Assembly: GCF_001194135.2 (NCBI RefSeq)
Contig: NC_068997.1
Coordinates: 19,828,797-19,892,796, forward strand
From: Octopus bimaculoides
Lineage: Eukaryota
Reading direction: 5' to 3'
Length of the DNA stretch: 64,000 nucleotides
In this document: positions 24,582 through 37,015 of the stretch, piece after piece
Numbering within the stretch: the stretch's first letter is position 1
Layout: each line of letters starts with the position of its first letter
Notes under the pieces: generated by a model
Told to the model about the DNA's origin: nothing
Databases searched by the model: none
The model's input: the letters and a program-made list of their open reading frames with translations, nothing else
Made by a program: the position numbers and the translations under genes

Positions 24582-25246
24582 GCTTTCTTTCAATGGACAT
24601 CTTTTGAATTTGTACGCCCTTTCTTTTCCCTCTTTGTTGTCCTTTATGCTACAGATGCCTCAGGCCTTGTTTGGGATAAAATCTTAAATAAATGAATAAG
24701 CCAAATTTACCAACCAGTCTTTCTCATATGAATATTCTACATCAATCAATGTCTCACAAATACTACCATCTTTCATATTCCCCCATTTTGGTACATTATT
24801 TAATGTAACTCAACTATATGCTGAAATAGTATCTGGGTTCATTCTGGACAGATTCTTTGATCCTTTCCTTTTATTATCCCAGCCATAATCATATAAAGGA
24901 TCTTTCAGAATATTATTGTACCAAGTTTTGGTGCTTTACACATTATCTAAATATCACGAAACTAATCTTATCTTGTGATGTTCCCAGAATTATATTTTAT
25001 GATGTTATCACATCATCCACTGACCTCATAGACGTATCTATGAGACATAAATTTCAGATTTCATTTTGTAATATCCTGCATGTTAATTTGTGTGTGTGTA
25101 CATTCATGTGTGTGTGTGTGTGTGTGTCTGTCTGTCTGTCTGTCTGTGTGTGTGTGTGTCTGTGCATATATGTGTATATATATTTATATATACATACATG
25201 TATACACACCATAATGTGCTGAAAAATAAAATTAAGAATTTTATTT

Positions 25247-25287
<41 letters not shown>

Positions 25288-25481
25288 TACTACTATTATT
25301 ATTATGGCAGAATTGTTAACAAGCTTTATGCTTTGAGTTCAAATTCTGCTGTAGTTGAATGTATCTTTCATCCTTTCGGGGTTGATAAAATAAGTATGAG
25401 ATGAACACTGAGGTCAATGTAATCCACTAGCACCCTTCCCCACCACCCCAAATTTCAGGCCTTGTGCCTATAGAAGAAAGG

Positions 25482-25526
<45 letters not shown>

Positions 25527-25532
25527 GGTGGT

Positions 25533-25566
<34 letters not shown>

Positions 25567-26405
25567 AATCGTTAGTATACCAGAAAAAATGCTCTAAGGT
25601 CAACTTTACCGTTCATATATATGCATATATATAAATCTGTTTATCTTTCTGTGAGTATGTATGTATAAATGTATATATATATGTATGTATGCAATGTGTG
25701 TGTATGTGTGTGTGCATGCATGTATGTGTATTTATGTCCTGTTTTGACACTGTGTAAATTATAAACAAACTGCACCACCATACGAGTAATGTCATTGATT
25801 TGCAATCTTCTGTGAAGATATGTTCGACCATTGTGCTGTTCGTGTTTGAAGGAACAGTGGGAATTTTACTTTGTTTGAGAATAGGTGAAGGTTAGCAACA
25901 GGAAGAACATCCAGCCATAGGAAATCGAATTTTATCTGACCCTTGCAATCATGGAAAAATAGATGTTAAAACAATAATATATAAATATGTATGTGTGTGT
26001 GTGCATATGTGTGTACATATATACACATACACGCACAAACATTATATACACACAGACAAACACATATGGTCATGCATTTGCTTGGAAGATGTATGAGCCT
26101 ATGAGCATATTTTAGTTTGGGATTTCTATGTTTTTTTTCAAGACAGCAACATATTTGGTAAGAACTCGGCAGGAATGTTGACAGTAAAATTTTGAAGAAC
26201 AAAGACACAGATGAGTTCTCTGTGAGGCGCTGATGTTGTGGATAATGACCTTGTTAAATATTGACATAGTAGACTTGAGAGCTAGCGGATAGTATATCTT
26301 AATGGTTATGAAATAGATAAGATCGTTAAGGACATTGATGTAGTGGAAAAGAGCTCTAGGAGAACATGTACACTGATAAGATAACCAGATATTGTGGTTA
26401 AGTAC

Positions 26406-26775
26406 AGGCATGGCTGTGTGTTAAGAAGTTTGCTTCCTGAACACATGGTTCCAGATTTAGATCCGCTGCCTGGCACCTTTGTGTCTTCTATGAAGCCTTG
26501 TGTGTGTGTATTTGTTAAAAGGAAACTGAAAGAAACCTGTTTTATATGTATATATTCATGTATGTGTGTGTTTGTGTTTGTCCCCCACTGCTGCTTGGCA
26601 ACTGGAGTTGATTTGTATATGTCTCTGTAGAATAATGGTTTGACATAAGACACTGATAAAGTACAACGCTTAAAGAAAAAAAGTTCTGGTGTCGAATCAT
26701 TCCCCTAAAACATGTCAAGGCAGTGACTTGGCATGGCTGCAGTCCAATGTCTGAAACAAGCAAAAGTTAAAAAGG
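26406..26775 (+). mobile_element. SINE family A, diverged
   Basis: Runs from GGCATGGCTGTGTGTTAAG to GAAACAAGCAAAAG. Confidence 0.75.
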
Positions 26776-26923
26776 TAGAACATTTATATGGTGGTTGAAA
26801 ACTTTACTACAGAGTAGGGATGTAAATAAAAACTCTAAGGAACATTTGTGCTGTAAATGAGAAAACTCTTGTAAAAAGACAAGATTCTTCTGTGTCAGAA
26901 GAGTGATGTGGTGATCTAGCCTT

Positions 26924-27151
26924 TTAAACCTTTCAACATTCAGATAACTCTGTCAAACATAATGTTTATTTATTCACATTGGTTTGAATTGATCAAGCAT
27001 TATCTTATAGCATCAAGATTTCAGTGATGTGATTAGCTATTCTTAAGATGATATTTTAGGGTAAATATGAGAGGCCAGATCTAGCTGGTTTGAACATAGA
27101 GTTGGTAGAATATTTGCACTGGATATGCTCGTTTTAAACGTCAAAGGTTCA
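26924..27151 (+). mobile_element. MITE family F copy
   Basis: Aligns by eye along its length with 49124-49351. Confidence 0.7.
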
Positions 27152-28973
27152 AAGGCTAAAGAATGAATGGTGATATATTTTTTTTATTACATTAAACTTT
27201 GCTGTACTTACCCAAATTTACATCTTACAGCAATTTTTGTCAGAGTTATTTTAGTCATTTGTGCTTTTCTGATGAATAACTTAAATATGAATAACATACA
27301 TAAGAATAACATAAATATCTATATGATATTTGACTAGGAGGCTCTTACCATTATATATGCTATTATTATCGTGATCATTACTAACTTTATTGTCATTATC
27401 AACATTTCATATGTAATTATAATTATTAAGCTGTCACACTCCTTGAGATCAGAAAGGAAAAACTAATTTGAATTCAATGAAAGCATTAAATAATTTTGTC
27501 AGTTCCATATTAAAAATAATATAATAGCCTCATTTATCATTTATTTGTCTTTATCTAATTTTAAATATCCCCCCCCCCACACACACACATATACATATAA
27601 CACACACACACACACACACACANNNNNNNNNNNNNNNNNNNNNNNNNNNNNNNNNNNNNNNNNNNNNNNNNNNNNNNNNNNNNNNNNNNNNNNNNNNNNN
27701 NNNNNNNNNNNNNNNNNNNNNNNNNNNNNNNNNNNNNNNNNNNNNNNNNNNNNNNNNNNNNNNNNNNNNNNNNNNNNNNNNNNNNNNNNNNNNNNNNNNN
27801 NNNNNNNNNNNNNNNNNNNNNNNNNNNNNNNNNNNNNNNNNNNNNNNNNNNNNNNNNNNNNNNNNNNNNNNNNNNNNNNNNNNNNNNNNNNNNNNNNNNN
27901 NNNNNNNNNNNNNNNNNNNNNNNNNNNNNNNNNNNNNNNNNNNNNNNNNNNNNNNNNNNNNNNNNNNNNNNNNNNNNNNNNNNNNNNNNNNNNNNNNNNN
28001 NNNNNNNNNNNNNNNNNNNNNNNNNNNNNNNNNNNNNNNNNNNNNNNNNNNNNNNNNNNNNNNNNNNNNNNNNNNNNNNNNNNNNNNNNNNNNNNNNNNN
28101 NNNNNNNNNNNNNNNNNNNNNNNNNNNNNNNNNNNNNNNNNNNNNNNNNNNNNNNNNNNNNNNNNNNNNNNNNNNNNCACCAGACAAAATACTTAGCAAC
28201 ATTTCTTCTGACTTCAGATTCCACTGAGGTTGACTTTGCCTTTCATCCTATTGGGTTCAATAAATTATGTACCAGTCACACACTGAGGTTGATGCAATTG
28301 ACTTAACCTATCTCTCAAAATTTCATATAATTCTTGTTCTCTGGATAGAATTTTAAATTAAAAAAAGAATATGTTTTAACTTGAATTATAAAAATACAAC
28401 AAAAAAAAAAACATAATAAACATAATAAAAAATTGAATCAAGAAGGTATATATGTGAGAAATTTTTAAATTCCATTTTTAACCAGATTTTTAAAATAAAC
28501 CACTTAACAGAGATGTATTATCTGCTTACAATCTCTGTTAATCTGTATGCTCATAATAACGCCCAAAGTTACCTCTAAGTATATTTGACCTTTCTCTACG
28601 GCCAGTGTTACGCACAGCACAATGCTTAATGATGGTACTGTGATATTTGATAGATTTTGACAATCTCTTGTTCAGTACGTGTCAAGAAAGCTACACACTT
28701 GACCAATCTTTTGTGGACAAAAGATAATTTTTCAACATTTTGAAAAGTTTGCATGCATATTTGAGCTAGCATCTCATCTGAGACAGCATATACCAAATAT
28801 GAGAGTAGTTAATCAGCTTCTAATCAGCTAATCTCTAATTATGTGATCCTATAGAAAAAAATCAATCAATCTATGTTTATGTCTCTCTGAATGTTTTTGC
28901 GATTGCATGTATGTAAATACACACACACACACACACACACACACATAAATACATACATACATACATATATATA

Positions 28974-29012
<39 letters not shown>

Positions 29013-29111
29013 TCACACATACACAAAGTAATTTGGATTATATTATCAGATGATTTAGATTAGAATTATCAGTAAACAGAATCCTTGTCAATCAAATTTT
29101 GTCAAGGCTGG

Positions 29112-29400
29112 TTACTCCCACCAGTTATATTTACTGTCCCACAAGCTATTTCCATTAATCAGTTACATTACAGTTCCACATGACCATTCCCACCAACTAG
29201 TTTTTGACTGTCCCACAATCCCTTTCCCACTAATCATTTGTCACTGTTCTACGAAACCATTTCCACCAATCAGTTCTGTCTCATGAGACCATTTCCATTA
29301 CACTGGCTCTTCACTGTCTCACAAACCCACCCCACTAATTCGTGTACGGTCCCACAAAACTATTCCCACCAGTTAGTGCATTGCCCTACAATACTATTCC
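29112..29400. repeat. Diverged tandem repeat with an approximately 36-bp unit, about 8 copies
   Basis: Unit roughly CATTCCCACCAATCAGTT...TCACTGTCCCACAAAAC. Confidence 0.8.
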
Positions 29401-29541
29401 TATCGATCAAGTCAGCCTCAAACATAATATCCTGAAATACATGCAACACTAACTGGAATGAGGTATTTGCAATGAAGGCTGAAAATCAGACTGATCAAAA
29501 TATAATGTGAGCATATATTTTTAAAAATATATCTACGTCTA

Positions 29542-29706
29542 GGCGCAGGAGTGGCTGTGTGGTAAATAGCTTGTTTATCAACCACGTGGTTCTGGGTTCA
29601 GTCCCACTGCGTGGCACTTTCAGCAAGTATCTTCTACTATAGCCTCGGGCCGACCAAAGCCTTGTGAGTGGATTTGGTAGACGGAAACTGAAAGAAGCCC
29701 GTCGTA

Positions 29707-29739
<33 letters not shown>

Positions 29740-29995
29740 NNNNNNNNNNNNNNNNNNNNNNNATATATGTGTGTGTGTGTGTGTGTTTGTGCGTCTGTGT
29801 CCCCCCCCAACCATCGCTTGACAACCGATGCTGATGTGTTTACATCCCCATAACTTAGCGTTTCGGCAAAAAGAGACCAATAGAATAAGTACTAGGCTTA
29901 TAAAGATTAAGTCCTGGGGTTGATTTTCTCAACTAAAGGCGGTGCTCCAGCATGGCCGCAGTCAAATGACTGAAACAAGTAAAAGAGTAAAAGAG
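29542..29995 (+). mobile_element. tRNA-headed SINE family A, near full length
   Basis: A-box TGGCTGTGTGG, B-box GGTTCAGTCCC, body CAAGT.TCTTCTACTATAGCCTCGGGCCGACCAAAGCC, an internal (TA)n(TG)n tract and a TAAAAGA tail. Many other copies are in the window. Confidence 0.9.
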
Positions 29996-30994
29996 TATCT
30001 TTCATGATGACCATGTGTTTCCCAGTTTTAGAATAGGTACCCTGTGTCAGTGGAGGTGTGTGGCCTAGTGGTTAGGGTGTTGGATTCATGACTGTAAGAT
30101 TGTGGTTTCGATCCCTGAACTGGGCGATCCGTTGCGTTCTTAAGAAAAACACTTCATTTCATGTTGCTCCAATCCACTCAGTTGGCAAAAATGAGTTTAG
30201 CCTGGAAAGGGATGGATTCTGCCAGGCTTTTTCACTCTAGAAACGCTGCATGGCTGCAGCACCTTGAGGCCCCGAGAAAGGGGGTTAAGGGACTTGTCAA
30301 CTGTCAACTCCATGTCCCTGTGTGTGCAGTAATAGGTAACTGAAAGGTGAGTGATAGGAAGAGCATCCGGCCAACTCATGACAGCATCGAAAAGCAAACA
30401 TCAAATGGTGGTAATAATGAGGATTTACATCTCTCATTAAGTATTTAATAGTCGCTCCATTTCAACAACAAAAATAAACATCCCATTCCTGTAGACATGC
30501 AAAAGGAAAACAAAAAAAGAACAAAATCAAAAATACAATCATAATAAAATTTTCTGCTGTAGGCACAAGGGCATTCACCCCAAATGCTCAACTGGTACTT
30601 ATTTTATCGATCATGAAAGTATGAAAGGCTAAGACGACCTTGGTCACATTTGAACTCAGAACACAAAGACAGAAGAAATGCTGTTAAACATTTTATCCAG
30701 TGCAGTAACAATTCTTCCAGCTTGCTGCCTGACTACTACTACTACTACTACTACTACTAATAATAATAATAATAATAATGGTTTCAAATTTTGCTGCAGG
30801 GGCAGCAATTTTGGGGGAGGGGATGAGTTAATTGCATCACCCCCAGTGTTCAACTGGTACTTGTTTTATTGATCCTAAAAGGATGAAAGGCAAAGTCAAC
30901 CTCAGTGAATTTTGAACTCAGAACATAGTAAACGGTCGAAATACCACTAAGCATTTTGCTCAACATGCTAACGATTCTGCCAGCTCGCCACCTC

Positions 30995-31037
<43 letters not shown>

Positions 31038-31231
31038 GATAAGTGATAATGAATAATAAATGAACTGCTGTCATTAAAAAATCTAGGATTGAACTCATCC
31101 GTTTTGCTTATATAGCCTCCTAATTTTTGTTTTTTTTATCTTTTTCAGCAGATCACGTGGAAATATACATGGCAGATACTGTCTGAGAATTATGGAGGGC
31201 AATCATTATTAATATGGAAGTAGCACCAGAA

Positions 31232-31505
31232 CAACACTCACTAGAGTAACTGTTTCTCACTGGATTTAACATATACTGAACTCACTGGAGTAATATTTCC
31301 TGCAATAAATATCTCTCATTGGAGTAACACTCGTTGAAGTAATCACTTTCACTTGGATTGGAATAACACTCATTGAAGTAAATCACTTTCACTTGAGTAA
31401 CACAGAAGTCGTACATTTAATTTTTTTTCCTTTCTCTCACTCACTGGAGTAATTTTCATTGAATTAAAACACTCTCATTGGAGTATCACTTATTGAAGTA
31501 ACTCT
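31232..31505. repeat. Cluster of (A/T)CTCA(C/T)TG(G/A)AGTAA motifs upstream of the DGK ATG exon
   Basis: About a dozen CTCACTGGAGTAA / CTCATTGAAGTAA variants with irregular spacing. Confidence 0.8.
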
Positions 31506-31793
31506 CTTTCTGTCTCTCTCTTGCATTTTCTTCCTGGGGTAATATTACCAGAGAACTGAACCAAACACAAAGTTGAGTTATTTGAGTTCAACTTACTTTT
31601 TTTCAATTGCATTTTTTTAATTTCAAACATACCGAAATCTAAAAACAAGAAAGTCTCTTTAAAAATTGAATAATCTAACAAAAAAAAAAAAAATACCACA
31701 AGAAGTCTTACAAATATATGTTTATACAAAATCTTTTCATAATTTAAATTTTACACTTTTATGAAACCAACTTTGTTAAGTTTTCTCTCAAAG

Positions 31794-31923
31794 GAATCAA
31801 TCTTTGAGCAAATTATATTGCTGAGTTTACTCAGGCTCAAACAGGCTCAAACAGGCTCACTGAGGCTTAAAGAGAAAACTGGCAAAATAAAAGACTTTTT
31901 AAGAATCTCCAGCACAAAATAGA
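31794..31923 (+). other. Probable 5' UTR part of the ATG exon (implies upstream non-coding exon(s))
   Basis: A candidate acceptor TTTTCTCTCAAAG ends at 31793. The segment contains the 10-bp tandem CAGGCTCAAA x2 plus a partial third copy. Inference only. Confidence 0.4.
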
Positions 31924-31987
31924 ATGGCAATGCAGTGGCAAAAGCTTAGTCCAGCTCAGTTCCACCAACTGCAAGAATATTGCAACT
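31924..31987 (+). CDS. DGKB: Type I diacylglycerol kinase (DGK beta/alpha/gamma-like), first coding exon
   Basis: Encodes MAMQWQKLSPAQFHQLQEYCN plus 1 nt, then the donor GTAAGT at 31988. It resembles the type I DGK N-terminus (W..LSP.EF.QLQ.Y) as I recall it. An in-frame TAA at 31900-31902 supports this ATG as the start. The paralog symbol is approximate for an invertebrate. Confidence 0.92.
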
Positions 31988-33101
31988 GTAAGTATTGGCA
32001 TTTTCTTTTTCTTTACCTTTTTACCATTTTTGCTTCCTTAATGATTCGTTTGTTTCATCTTTATATCCTTGATTTGGTTCGGTCAGAGTCTTTTAAGCCT
32101 GGTACTTTACTTATTTCATTGGTCACTTTTGCCAAGCCAATAAGTTACAGAGATGTAAGCAAAACCAAAATTGGTTGTCCAAGCTATGGTGGTGGTGTTG
32201 GTGGGGCAAGCACAGGCACAGTGATGCATAAATATACCTCCACACACACACACACATACATACACATATATAATGCACTTCCACACATTTTCATTTGCTT
32301 TTGCTTAGCTGCAATCAACTTGAATCAAGCAGGCCTTTGGTCAGAGGAATCTAAGTTATGTTATACTGTCTTTTCTATCAGACAAAATGTATCTAGGACT
32401 ACATTCTATCTAATGTACACTTCCATCTTGAAGATGGTAGAGTGTGATAGTGGTTTTTCAAGTTAGTGGACTGAAGTATGTTTATCAATAAATATTTGTA
32501 TGCAGGTGTCTCTCAACAATACTATTGGTCCTTAGTCAAAGTTATACCCAGGAGCCCCTACATAAAGCCACAGCACAATAAAATAGCAATGGGTTCTTCC
32601 AGACCTGTGGCGACCACCAAGCAAGTACACTGTGTACCCAACCCATTTAATGTCAACCCACCCCGGATCACACTTGGTACTATGAGACAAACCCCCTGGG
32701 ACCTAAATTAAATTTTTCATCAAAATTTTACGCTAATTTATATTTCAAATACCAAATTAATTAACCTTTCTCCTATAGGCAGAAGGCTTGAAATCTTGTG
32801 GGGGGAGGCTGGTCTAGTACATTGACCCCCAGTGCATAACTAGTATTTATTCTATTGACCCTAAAAGGTTGAAAAGCAGAATCTTGGCAGAATTTGAACT
32901 CAGAATGCAGAGCTAGAAGAAATGCTGCTATGCATTTTGCCCTGCATGTTAACAGTTCTGCCAGGGTGGCTGCCTTATACCAGATTAAGTTTAATAATGA
33001 TAAAGTTATTTTTTTACTGAATGTTACATTATTTTAGAAAGTAACTGAAGCAAAGGCTGCATATTTCAAAACTCTGTTGGTAGTAAAATGGTTAAGACAG
33101 C

Positions 33102-33150
<49 letters not shown>

Positions 33151-33364
33151 GCGTTTACTGTGGCATTTGAAACTTGTTTAGTTATCAACCATCTCAATCT
33201 TTCTGCTACCAAGTTTAATATACATAAATGAATGCATTCCAATATGTTATGCATAATATTTGGTGTTGCAAACAAAAGATACAGGATTTGACGTATAAAT
33301 CAATATGATATCTTTATCTCGTAACTTGTAAGAAACACACACATGCATACACACTGACACACAC

Positions 33365-33520
33365 AAAAACAAGCACACACACACCTTCACACAAGCATAT
33401 ACACATATATACACACACATACACACACCTTCACACAAGCATATACACATATATACACACACATACACACACCTTCACACAAACATATACACATATATAC
33501 ACACACACACAAATACATAC
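33365..33520. repeat. AC-rich tandem repeat with an approximately 46-bp unit, 3 copies
   Basis: CACACACCTTCACACAAGCATATACACATATATACACAC recurs three times. Confidence 0.85.
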
Positions 33521-34137
33521 ACGCATACTCCGTCTTTCTCTCTTTCTCTGTCCCCACTCCCTCAAAAGATAAGATTCCAGCAACGTTCTTACACCTTTTT
33601 GAACTCTTTAAACAATTACATGGCACATTTCAAACAATCCCTTAATGTACACAGCTTCAGATATAAAACAAAGAACACACATGAAACAAACCCTTGCCAT
33701 GCACAAAAGATTTCTTATTAACACCATGGGCAAAACATACAAGTAAACTAATATTACAACATATAACAATATAAACATTGAATAGAAGAAGTGAGCTACT
33801 CTCATAAAGATAGAAAACCGTGCGAACTGCTTTGTCCTCATGCCACTCTATATTACAGTTAAGGACCACAAGTCCAACTTATTTTCATCATTGTTCTCTT
33901 TTTTTATGACCACTTTTTATACAGGTATGAGTCAGAGGAGTTATCAAGATCTATCTGGTTATAAGTTTATTTCTTGTCTGGAGCCACTGCTCTCCTTAAG
34001 GGTTTATACAGCACTGACACAGGTGTGTTAACGCAACACTGGCACGGATGCTTTTTTTAGTAGCACCAACACCTGAAAGGACAAACCTGTATGTGTGGAA
34101 GACAGCAATTTTATTTAGCTTGATGTGTCTTATCAAC

Positions 34138-34908
34138 ATCATCATCATCATCGTTTAACGTCCGCTTTCCATGCTGGCATGGGTTGGATGGTTTGACTGA
34201 GGGCTGGCTAGCCAGAAGGCTGCACCAGGATCCAATCTGATCTGGCAAAGTTTCTACAGCTGGATGCCATTCCTAATGCCAACCATTCCAAGAGTGTAGT
34301 GGGTGCTTTTTACGTGCCTTCATAAGCATCCTGTCTTGAATTCCTCTGTTATTGCCTGGAGGACTATGATGAATAAGAGAGGGCTGAGGATTGATCCTCA
34401 GTGGACCCCTACACCTACCTAGAATTCTTCATTATACTCGTTGCCAATTCTCACCTTACTGACAGCATCCCTGTACATGGCTTGTACAGCTCTCACAAAC
34501 CACTCATCTATAGTTTCCACATTGACCACCAGATAATGGATCGGTGGACCCTGTCAAAGGCTTTCTCCATGTCAACAAAAGCCAGCTACAGAAGTTTATC
34601 CTTGGCTAGGTATTTCTCCTGCAGCTGTCTTACCAGAAATATAGCATCAGTGGTGCTTTTCCTTGGCACAAACCCAAGCTGCATCTCATTTAAACTGACT
34701 CACTCTCTACTTAGTTGGGCTATGACAGCAAATCCTCACATCTCCCGATCCGTTGGCATTTCCTCAGTGAGGCCCAGCGTCCAAAGATCCTTTCTCACCA
34801 CATCATAGCACATCTTCCGGGGTCTACTCCTTCCACCGGTACCCTCCACAATTAGAGCTCAGCACTTCTTTATGCAACTGTCCTCATCCATACACATCAC
34901 ATGACCAA
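34138..34908 (-). mobile_element. Rearranged RTE LINE chimera (ORF2 end, then mid-RT, then 3' tail)
   Basis: Minus strand reads GHVMCMDEDSCIKKC*ALIVEGTGGRSRPRKMCYDVVRKDLWTLGLTEEM, then VIAQLSRE*VSLNEMQLGFVPRKSTTDAIFLVRQLQEKYLAK...AFVDMEKAFDRV...GVH*GSILSPLLFIIVL, then the 3' UTR and (GAT)n. Confidence 0.88.
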
Positions 34909-36066
34909 NNNNNNNNNNNNNNNNNNNNNNNNNNNNNNNNNNNNNNNNNNNNNNNNNNNNNNNNNNNNNNNNNNNNNNNNNNNNNNNNNNNNNNNNNNNN
35001 NNNNNNNNTATATATATATATATATGTATATATATATAAATGTGTGTGTGTATATATCAAAGAATAGTAGACAAGTTGCTTTACAATGTATGTAGTAATC
35101 AATTACTGTGTAGTGTAGTATGTGGTCTCTTAACTTTGTGTTATATATGTGTGTGTGTTTGTGTGTGTGTGTAAACATATGTATCTATCTGCCTATATGT
35201 TTGTATTTATGTAATATATTTGTAGATTTGGTCATATATTCAACTCATGAATTGTGTAATAGTACCAATAGATGCTAGTCTCGTATGGAATACAACTAGC
35301 TCTCTCAATCCATTCCCCCTTTTCACAGATACAAAGACAGTTAAGCTGATAAGAGAAATGATACCCACATTGTTCCTTTTGTTAAATACATCTGCTACTA
35401 ATTTGCTTGCATGATAATGAAATTTATTCTTCAAGAATTATCGCAATTGACTTCATTCGACTTCTCACCCCTTGCTAGATAATGACAGTATTATTTACAT
35501 AATGGTTCTAAAAAGTTGTGCTTAAGAAGATAATCACATTTGTCAATATATTTATTATCAGGCCTTAATACTCAATGGGATTTAATATCTTTGCAGGTTT
35601 CATGTTAATATATTTTCTATTGCTTGCACTATTTTCTCTTGACTATTTTAACCAGTGTTATCTGAAATCATTAGTGGTCTTCTTCTGTTCTGGATACTTT
35701 CCTGATATATATATATATATATATATANNNNNNNNNNNNNNNNNNNNNNNNNNNNNNNNNNNNNNNNNNNNNNNNNNNNNNNNNNNNNNNNNNNNNNNNN
35801 NNNNNNNNNNNNNNNNNNNNNNNNNNNNNNNNNNNNNNNNNNNNNNNNNNNNNNNNNNNNNNNNNNNNNNNNNNNNNNNNNNNNNNNNNNNNNNNNNNNN
35901 NNNNNNNNNNNNNNNNNNNNNNNNNNNNNNNNNNNNNNNNNNNNNNNNNNNNNNNNNNNNNNNNNNNNNNNNNNNNNNNNNNNNNNNNNNNNNNNNNNNN
36001 NNNNNNNNNNNNNNNNNNNNNNNNNNNNNNNNNNNNNNNNNNNNNNNNNNNNNNNNNNNNNNNNNN

Positions 36067-36262
36067 TAAACAAATTTATATATATATATATATATATATA
36101 ATATGTATCTATATATACATATGTGTGTGTGTGCGTGTGTGTGTACATACATACATAAACAAATTTATATATATATATATATATATATAATATGTATCTA
36201 TATATACATATGTGTGTGTGTGCGTGTGTGTGTATATACATACATAAACAAATTTATATATA
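36067..36262. repeat. Tandem repeat with an approximately 90-bp unit, next to an assembly gap
   Basis: TAAACAAATTTATATA...TGTGCGTGTGTGTGTA recurs at 36067 and 36157, with a partial copy at about 36246. Confidence 0.85.
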
Positions 36263-37015
36263 GATATACATACTTGCACAGACATAGACACACACACATG
36301 TGTGTGTGCATGCGTACATGCATGTGTATGTGTACAAATAGCTGTATGACTGCAGCTGTTATATTTAGAGTTCCTTATAAGTTACCATAATCCAGGGACT
36401 TAATCATCTGTAACTTAATGCAACAGAATGTTCCCTGATGCTCCATTGTCATTGAGCATCTAATTGCACTTAGAACACCTTCTGCAGGGCCCTAGGTAAC
36501 CATAACGGTGCAACATGCTTCAATTAGATGTAGTGGGGAAATGACTAGTTGACCGGTGGTGTTAGTCAAAAGTGTTATACCTGGTGGAGATATCCAGTGT
36601 TGGTAATTGTCAAATGTAACGCTGTCAGTGACTGCTAGGTTAGTCCCTATGATTACAAATAATGCCCTTGTTAAAAACTAAGGATGCTTTTTAAAAGTTA
36701 GTACAACATAATGTATGTATATGGGCTACGTAAAGAAATAATAAAAAAAGTAAAGAGTAAATAAATAAAAACAAAAAAAATCAATAAAAATATAACGTGT
36801 TATGTGAGTCAGCAATCTCGCTTTAAAGTGAATATATTATAGAGGATTATATGCCCTAGTGTACAACGTAGAATTTTAAATGGATAGTTCGGTTAATCGA
36901 GGTAATTTAATTTAAAATTGTGATGTGATGTTAAATTATGTTCTATGGTAAGTGGAATAGTTAGGGGAGGTAATAAGATGTTAGGCAGGTCAGCTAGTAA
37001 CCTGTTATGTGTGTA

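Noticed and set aside
29112-29400. CRISPR-like appearance of the 36-bp array (and the 30-bp array at 58565)
   Set aside because: There are no conserved repeats alternating with unique spacers, no cas genes, and the context is eukaryotic.
31988-32466. Continuation of the 180-aa ORF past DGK exon 1
   Set aside because: This is read-through into the intron and a family A SINE; similarity to DGK stops at the GTAAGT donor.
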